Shown here one piece after another: positions 58,780 through 64,000 of a stretch of 64,000 bases of DNA. The notes below the pieces were generated by a model. The model was not told the DNA's origin. It worked only from the letters and a program-made list of their open reading frames with translations, and searched no databases. Every line of letters begins with the position of its first letter. Within the stretch, counting starts at the first letter, position 1. The DNA lies in NCBI GenBank assembly GCA_030149165.1, contig JASBRY010000007.1, forward strand, positions 31,433-95,432, read 5' to 3'. The position numbers and the translations under genes are program-made. The stretch is from Phycisphaerales bacterium. GTDB lineage: Bacteria > Planctomycetota > Phycisphaerae > Phycisphaerales > UBA1924.

Positions 58780-59837
58780 GATACGACCTCCTTGCGCAAC
58801 CCAAATCCCGCGAGCATCATCTCAAGACAGATCAACACCAAACCCGGCGCGAGCGCAATCGCATACCGCTCATCCCATCTCGTCACCGTGGCGCTCCCGA
58901 TGTTCGCTTGATCTCCGCGAGCGATGAGGTCTTGATACACCTGCGCCAGATCAATATCGCCCGTCCCGATCTCCAGATACGCGCCGCCGGGTGTCGCTGT
59001 TGCGATCTTCGAAAGTGTCCCAGAATCGAGCCGGGACTGCACAAACTCACCGCCCTGACGGACAGGACGATTGTCCTCGTCAAGCACACGAGCCCCACCC
59101 TCTGAACCAATCCCCAGCGCCAAGATCCGAATCCCGGCCGCACCCGCCGCGGTCGCCGCTTCAACCGGAAGTGATTCCTGATCCTCGCCATCAGTAATCA
59201 GGATGATGTCGCGATGCGATGCACTGTCCGAATCTTCGAGATCATAAAAAACCATGTCCATACATCGGCGGATCGCATCCCCGATATTCGTGCCGCCCAT
59301 ATCCACCGACTTAGTTGACAACTCATCGAGTGCCAGATCGAAGAACAATCGGTCGGTTGTCAAAGGCGATTGCACCGAAGACGATCCCGCAAAGGCAACC
59401 AGACCAATGCGATCGGTCTCAAGTTCCGCAACCAGATCCGTGATCCAGAGCTTGGCGCGTTCGAGCCGATTCGGCGCCACATCTCTTGCAAGCATCGAAC
59501 GGGACACATCGACAAGGAACACAATGTCGCGTCCCTTTGCTTCCGTGGTCTCCTGATGCGGATTAGCGCGTGGACGCATTGTTGCGCCCACAATCAATGC
59601 CAATCCAAGCACCATCGCGACAGCCCGTACTCCAACGATCAAACTCCTTCGGCGTCCAAACAACATTGGGAGACGATCGCTGTCCGCGAACTTGCGTGCT
59701 ACTTTCACGCGATATCGCGCGGCAAAGATACCGACTACCGCCAACGCAATCACGCCCCAGAGCGCCATCGCCCATCGCCAATCCGCGAACTCAAACTCCT
59801 CACCCAAAAACGAAGGCATCAAGCTTGCAATACCCAT
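58776..59837 (-). CDS. batB: BatB-like von Willebrand factor A domain membrane protein
   Basis: A GGGGAGG RBS is present. The ATG at 59837 shares one nt with the batA stop. The MIDAS motif is LVDVSRSM. There are TM helices at both ends. Confidence 0.85.
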   Translation of the reverse strand: MGIASLMPSFLGEEFEFADWRWAMALWGVIALAVVGIFAARYRVKVARKFADSDRLPMLFGRRRSLIVGVRAVAMVLGLALIVGATMRPRANPHQETTEAKGRDIVFLVDVSRSMLARDVAPNRLERAKLWITDLVAELETDRIGLVAFAGSSSVQSPLTTDRLFFDLALDELSTKSVDMGGTNIGDAIRRCMDMVFYDLEDSDSASHRDIILITDGEDQESLPVEAATAAGAAGIRILALGIGSEGGARVLDEDNRPVRQGGEFVQSRLDSGTLSKIATATPGGAYLEIGTGDIDLAQVYQDLIARGDQANIGSATVTRWDERYAIALAPGLVLICLEMMLAGFGLRKEVVS

Positions 59838-60883
59838 CACGCGACCTCCCCAGCGATCCCGATCCGTGATACATATCCACCAAACACCAGGATCAAACAT
59901 GCAACCGCGAAGGGGTGATACAACTCCTCATACCGCGTCGTCTCGGATATCTGCACTTCTGTGCGTTCGAGTTCATCAATTGTCGCGTACACATCCGCGA
60001 GATCATCAAGCGAACTCACACCCCAGAACCCGCCTCCTGTGTGTTCAGCGACGGCAGTCATCCGCCGTTCATTGACTTCTTGTCCCATTCCCAATGCCAG
60101 CCCACCGAACTGGTTCCGCACACCGCCACGGATCCCGATGATGTAGATCTTGATTCCCCATTCCGCCGCGAGCCGTGCCGCTTGGTCCGGAGAGTAATCC
60201 CCGGCTCGATTCTCGCCGTCAGTCAGCAGGATGATCGCTTTGCTTTTGATCTCAAATTCTGGATCTTCCAGATCTGCTTTCATTGAATCTTCAGATGCTT
60301 TGAGTCGAGCGCACGCGAGCACCAACGCATCACCGATCGCAGTCGACCGCTCGCTTTCCACACGCGGGATCTCGACTCGCCGGATCGCATCAACGAGCAC
60401 ATCATGCGACTGTGTCAACGGCATCATCGTGTCGGCATAAGTCCCGAACACCACAAGACCGAGCAGATCACCCGCACGCCCCTTGAGTTCTTCCCCGTTC
60501 CCCACCACAAACTGTTCAACCACTTTCTTCACCGCGACCAATCGGGTTGTCCGTGATCCCTCGAACTCGGCCGGCTCTTTCATCGAACCCGATCGATCAA
60601 CGACCAGTTCAATCGCGATCGCATCCTGCTGACTCTTGCGATCCGTGATCGCTTCACGCGGCCGCGCGAGTGCAACAAGCCCCGCAACCAACCCAAGCGA
60701 GAGCAGCAGGGGGGCGATCCAGCGCACGCGCGTGCGAATACTCATCCCCGCCGCAGCGATGCGCGTAGGCACAGACGATTCCACGCCCCTCCTCCGTCGA
60801 TCCCCGAGCACACGGACCACCCAGATGATCGGTACGATCAACGCAAACCAAAGCACCCAAGGATATGCGAACTCCGCATTCAT
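59837..60883 (-). CDS. batA: BatA-like von Willebrand factor A domain membrane protein
   Basis: The N-terminus is MNAEFAYPWVLWFALIVPIIWV. The MIDAS motif is VVDRSGSM. There is an ATGA overlap with the upstream gene. Confidence 0.85.
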   Translation of the reverse strand: MNAEFAYPWVLWFALIVPIIWVVRVLGDRRRRGVESSVPTRIAAAGMSIRTRVRWIAPLLLSLGLVAGLVALARPREAITDRKSQQDAIAIELVVDRSGSMKEPAEFEGSRTTRLVAVKKVVEQFVVGNGEELKGRAGDLLGLVVFGTYADTMMPLTQSHDVLVDAIRRVEIPRVESERSTAIGDALVLACARLKASEDSMKADLEDPEFEIKSKAIILLTDGENRAGDYSPDQAARLAAEWGIKIYIIGIRGGVRNQFGGLALGMGQEVNERRMTAVAEHTGGGFWGVSSLDDLADVYATIDELERTEVQISETTRYEELYHPFAVACLILVFGGYVSRIGIAGEVA

Positions 60884-61746
60884 CCAGCCACCCCGCAAAT
60901 CTCCACCGCGCGTCGAGCCGCATCCCGCACGGCTGCTGTGTCAATCTGTTCACCGCAGAACCGCGCCGACTCCACCTCGCGAGCGATCACCCCGAGCCCA
61001 GCATACTGCCCCTTCAACTCGATCAGTGCTCGATGCAATGAGCCAATGTCTTCATCATTCAGCCGCTCTGCGTGTGCCGCGATCATCAATACCGAAGCCG
61101 GATCAATTCCATCCGCTTCATCATCATGTATTCGGCGGATATACCACACCGCCAAACCCCCGATGACAACAAACGCCCCCGCAATAATCGCGATGATGCC
61201 AGCATGATCATCTGTAGTCTGTTCTTGAGGCATCCCCGCAAGCAGCACTTCCCCCTCAAGCTCAGTTCCATCATCTTCGCTGAGCACAGAATCAACGCGA
61301 ACTTCAATAGGCGCGAGCCGCGCGATGCGCTTTCCGATCTCCGCTGTCCCAGCGCGAATTCCAAACCCATCCACCAAGTACTCGCCCCCAAGGAATGGTG
61401 AAGAGACAAAGACATCCTCACGCACAAAGCGTTCGCCATCAAAGGTTACCGCCCCTTTCCGCTCAGATTCAAGCGTCCACCCCAGCTTCTCCCAGTTTGG
61501 TTGCATCAACTCGACACGAACCCCATCATCCCACTGAAGCAAGGCACGGATCGTCAGAGTTTCCGTAAGCTCTATCGAATCCTGATCGAGCATCACCATC
61601 AGCTCCGCTCCAGTGCGAGGTTCGACAATCGTCGACTCCAATGCAGACTCCTGGACACCACCCTCAGGACTCGTCCCTCCGCATCCGCTGAGCAGCAATG
61701 CGAGCAGCATTCCACTCGCGATCAGGATTCGCACCGCACTCATCAT
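60880..61746 (-). CDS. Lipoprotein-like membrane protein of the Bat operon, function unknown
   Basis: The lipobox is LLLSGCGG. There is an internal TM segment (IIAIIAGAFVVIGGLAVWYI). It has ATGA overlaps on both sides. Confidence 0.65.
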   Translation of the reverse strand: MMSAVRILIASGMLLALLLSGCGGTSPEGGVQESALESTIVEPRTGAELMVMLDQDSIELTETLTIRALLQWDDGVRVELMQPNWEKLGWTLESERKGAVTFDGERFVREDVFVSSPFLGGEYLVDGFGIRAGTAEIGKRIARLAPIEVRVDSVLSEDDGTELEGEVLLAGMPQEQTTDDHAGIIAIIAGAFVVIGGLAVWYIRRIHDDEADGIDPASVLMIAAHAERLNDEDIGSLHRALIELKGQYAGLGVIAREVESARFCGEQIDTAAVRDAARRAVEICGVAG

Positions 61747-62654
61747 CTCCGCATACCTCGCTGATGGAAGTAGCGGATCAACTCATCCGCGTAATCATGA
61801 CCAGTCGAGAGCTCGATGTGATCGATCTGCGCGTTCTTCAGCGTCGAAACAATCATTTCATTTTCCGCGATCGCACGCTCCCGATACCGAGTGCGTACTT
61901 TCTTCGATCCAGTATCGACGAGGAACCGCTTGCCGCTCACAGGATCATGCATGCGGATCATGCCCGCGCGTGGGAGCTCGAACTCGCGGGGATCGGTGAA
62001 CTGCATCGCGATGACCTCGTGCTTGCGAGCAAGCATCCGCATCTCGCGCCCCCAGCGTGGTTCGCCTTCGTTGTTCATGCCCGACAAAAAATCCGACATC
62101 ACGATCACGATGCATCGCCGTTTGTGCGTGCGTCCGATCTCCATGAGCACAGTTGACAGATCTTCTTGGTTGTTCCCCGGAGATGCGTCTATCAGCTCAC
62201 GGATGATCCGCATCCCATGGAGCCGCCCCTTTGTCGCTGGGACATGCAATGTCTTCCCATCTTCCAGATGGTCCGAACCAAACAAGCACAAACCCACCTT
62301 GTCGTTGTTCCGGCCCGCCGCGAGCGTGAGCACAGCGCCCACCTCACTCATAAGCTCATGCTTTGAACGCCGTATTGTCCCAAACGCTGTGGACCTCGAG
62401 CAGTCCACCGCGAGCACCACGGTCAGCTGTCTTTCCTCTTCAAACCGCTTGATAAACGGCCGCCCCATTCTCGCCGTCACATTCCAATCAATCGAACGGA
62501 CATCATCCCCTGGCTGATATTCTCGCACTTCAGAGAACTCGATCCCCTGCCCTTTGAACGCCGAGTGATAACTCCCACCGAACAGGTCATCCACCCGTCG
62601 CCGTGCACGGATTTCAAGCCGCTTAACCGCCTGCATGAGCTCTTCAGTAATCAT
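61743..62654 (-). CDS. DUF58 domain protein (MoxR-associated VWA-like)
   Basis: FKGQGIEFSEVREYQPGDDVRSIDWNVTAR is the hallmark DUF58 block. Confidence 0.9.
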   Translation of the reverse strand: MITEELMQAVKRLEIRARRRVDDLFGGSYHSAFKGQGIEFSEVREYQPGDDVRSIDWNVTARMGRPFIKRFEEERQLTVVLAVDCSRSTAFGTIRRSKHELMSEVGAVLTLAAGRNNDKVGLCLFGSDHLEDGKTLHVPATKGRLHGMRIIRELIDASPGNNQEDLSTVLMEIGRTHKRRCIVIVMSDFLSGMNNEGEPRWGREMRMLARKHEVIAMQFTDPREFELPRAGMIRMHDPVSGKRFLVDTGSKKVRTRYRERAIAENEMIVSTLKNAQIDHIELSTGHDYADELIRYFHQRGMRR

Positions 62655-62685
62655 GCGTGCAATGCCCTCACTGAATCGTGACTAC

Positions 62686-63729
62686 TCAAGGAATCGGTAT
62701 CCGATCGAACACTTCCTGCACCAGATCTTCGCTCGTGATCCCCTCTGCTTCCGCTTCATACGAGATCATCACACGATGACGCAGGACTTCCATCCCGATC
62801 ATCTTCACATCGCTCGGCGTGACAAAGCCGCGCCCCTCAAGGAACGCATTAGCGCGAGCAGCGCGAGCAAGCGAGAGCGAAGCGCGAGGTGAAGCACCAA
62901 ACTCGATAAGCTTCTCCATATCCATCTTCCAAGGCACCCCAGCCGCGGAAGGATCACGCGTCGATTGAACAATCGAGACGATGTAGTTCTTGAGTTTCTC
63001 ATCAATGTAAATCGAATCGACCGTCTTCCGAGCAGCGCCCACCTGCTCAAGCGACATCATCGAGGAGACTTCTGGGATCTCCAGTGTGCTCATCATCCGA
63101 TCAACGATCAACCGCTCCTCGTCTTTCGTTGGATACCCAACCTTGATCTTGAGCATGAACCGGTCAACCTGTGCTTCTGGAAGCGGATAGGTCCCTTCCT
63201 GCTCGATCGGATTCTGTGTTGCGAGCACAAGGAACGGCTCGCCCTCACCCGTGAGCGGATAGGTCTCGCCTCCGATCGTTGCATGCCGTTCCTGCATCGC
63301 TTCGAGCAGTGCCGACTGCACCTTCGCCGGAGCGCGGTTGATCTCATCAGCGAGCACGATGTTCGCGAAGATCGGACCCTTGCGAGCCGTGAAGCTCGAC
63401 TCTTTGGGGTTGTAGATCTCGGTACCAATCAAGTCCGCCGGGAGCAGATCAGGCGTGAACTGGATGCGTGCAAACTCCGCTTCCAGCGCCTGCGCGAGCG
63501 TGGTCACTGTCAGCGTCTTTGCGAGACCAGGCACACCCTCAAGCAGGACATGCCCGCCAGTCAGCAACCCGATCACCAATGAGCGGATCATCTGCTCCTG
63601 ACCAACAACCACAGTCCCGACCGCTTGGATCAGCTCATTGATCGGCTGCGCCTGCGACGCGATCAACTCATTACTCGGTGCCTCTGAAATCGATACGCCC
63701 AAAGCGACCTCCTTAATGCCTTTCAGCAT
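62686..63729 (-). CDS. moxR: MoxR-family AAA+ ATPase
   Basis: Walker A is LLEGVPGLAKT and Walker B is VLADEINRA. GASPRASL is also present. The start is uncertain: ATG 63729 or ATG 63783; the track start 63798 is GTG. Confidence 0.92.
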   Translation of the reverse strand: MLKGIKEVALGVSISEAPSNELIASQAQPINELIQAVGTVVVGQEQMIRSLVIGLLTGGHVLLEGVPGLAKTLTVTTLAQALEAEFARIQFTPDLLPADLIGTEIYNPKESSFTARKGPIFANIVLADEINRAPAKVQSALLEAMQERHATIGGETYPLTGEGEPFLVLATQNPIEQEGTYPLPEAQVDRFMLKIKVGYPTKDEERLIVDRMMSTLEIPEVSSMMSLEQVGAARKTVDSIYIDEKLKNYIVSIVQSTRDPSAAGVPWKMDMEKLIEFGASPRASLSLARAARANAFLEGRGFVTPSDVKMIGMEVLRHRVMISYEAEAEGITSEDLVQEVFDRIPIP

Positions 63730-63878
63730 CCATCTGATGCCATCGGTCCACGACTTCAACTCTACAGAAAAAACAGTGTCCATGCATGAACAGGCCACTG
63801 TGGTTTCTACAACACAAAGATGTCAAAGTTCAGCGATCCGGTCACGAAAATGCAAGATTTTTGACCAGAAACGAGGGC

Positions 63879-64000
63879 TCAGTTCGCGCTTGGTGGGGGC
63901 GCATCATTCTGAGCAGCGCTCGGCTGCTGAGGATTGATATCGATCTCGCCGAATCGCTCCTCGTACTGACGAACAGCACCTCCGATGCTCATCGCAAGAC
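63879..64000 (-). CDS. 3' end of an unidentified gene (5' part beyond the right edge)
   Basis: My own minus-strand translation ends ...LAMSIGGAVRQYEERFGEIDINPQQPSAAQNDAPPPSAN, with the stop at 63879..63881. Only 40 codons are visible. Confidence 0.35.
   Translation of the reverse strand, partial: LAMSIGGAVRQYEERFGEIDINPQQPSAAQNDAPPPSAN

Noticed and set aside
63851-63867. On the minus strand, TGGTCAAAAATCTTGCA upstream of the Bat operon resembles a sigma-54 -24/-12 element.
   Set aside because: The GG-to-GC spacing is 11 nt rather than 10, and the -24 region reads TGGTCA, not TGGCAC. That is too weak to call.

Overview
This is a 64-kb stretch of a gene-dense bacterial chromosome, roughly mid to upper 50s % GC by eye. 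I found no rRNA, tRNA, CRISPR array, transposase or integrase. The protein architectures suggest Planctomycetota, possibly Phycisphaerae-like; this is inference only. They include a fused SecDF, a TPR-tailed Ser/Thr kinase, a MoxR-DUF58-BatABCDE operon, PEP-CTERM tails and Gly-Cys-terminated dockerin-like tails.

Most of the window is housekeeping:
- Translation, cofactor and core metabolism: def-fmt, kdsB, pyrG, gcvT, phoU, eno, proS, purD, asnB, a B12-type acyl-CoA mutase large subunit, and an MBL-rhodanese plus YgaP-like sulfur pair.
- Secretion and envelope: tgt-yajC-secDF, hldD and a UDP-glucuronate decarboxylase.
- Methyl cycle: a SahR-like regulator-ahcY-metF operon with a perfect 18-bp palindrome just upstream of its start codon.

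The accessory part lies at about 41.9-52.8 kb:
- Two convergent PEP-CTERM genes flank a ~600-bp GA-rich non-coding segment closed by its own intrinsic terminator, followed by a 41-codon hydrophobic ORF.
- A ~1.1-kb low-GC island encodes one orphan protein with a HEPN-like R-x5-H motif. Its GTG start overlaps the stop codon of the mutase gene.
- Four tandem paralogous genes encode secreted, Asp-rich proteins of unknown function. They carry the same Cys-bracketed, dockerin-like, Gly-Cys-Pro-terminated C-terminal module as the large S8 protease at 25.7-29.2 kb.

These, plus an M50 protease and a rhomboid protease encoded back-to-back with the same C-terminal tail, are the most interesting observations.

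Limits:
- Everything rests on reading the translations and sequence by eye; no searches were run.
- The ORF track starts ORFs at non-ATG codons, so I re-picked many starts using ATG, an RBS and signal-peptide logic. Those starts are uncertain by a few codons to tens of codons.
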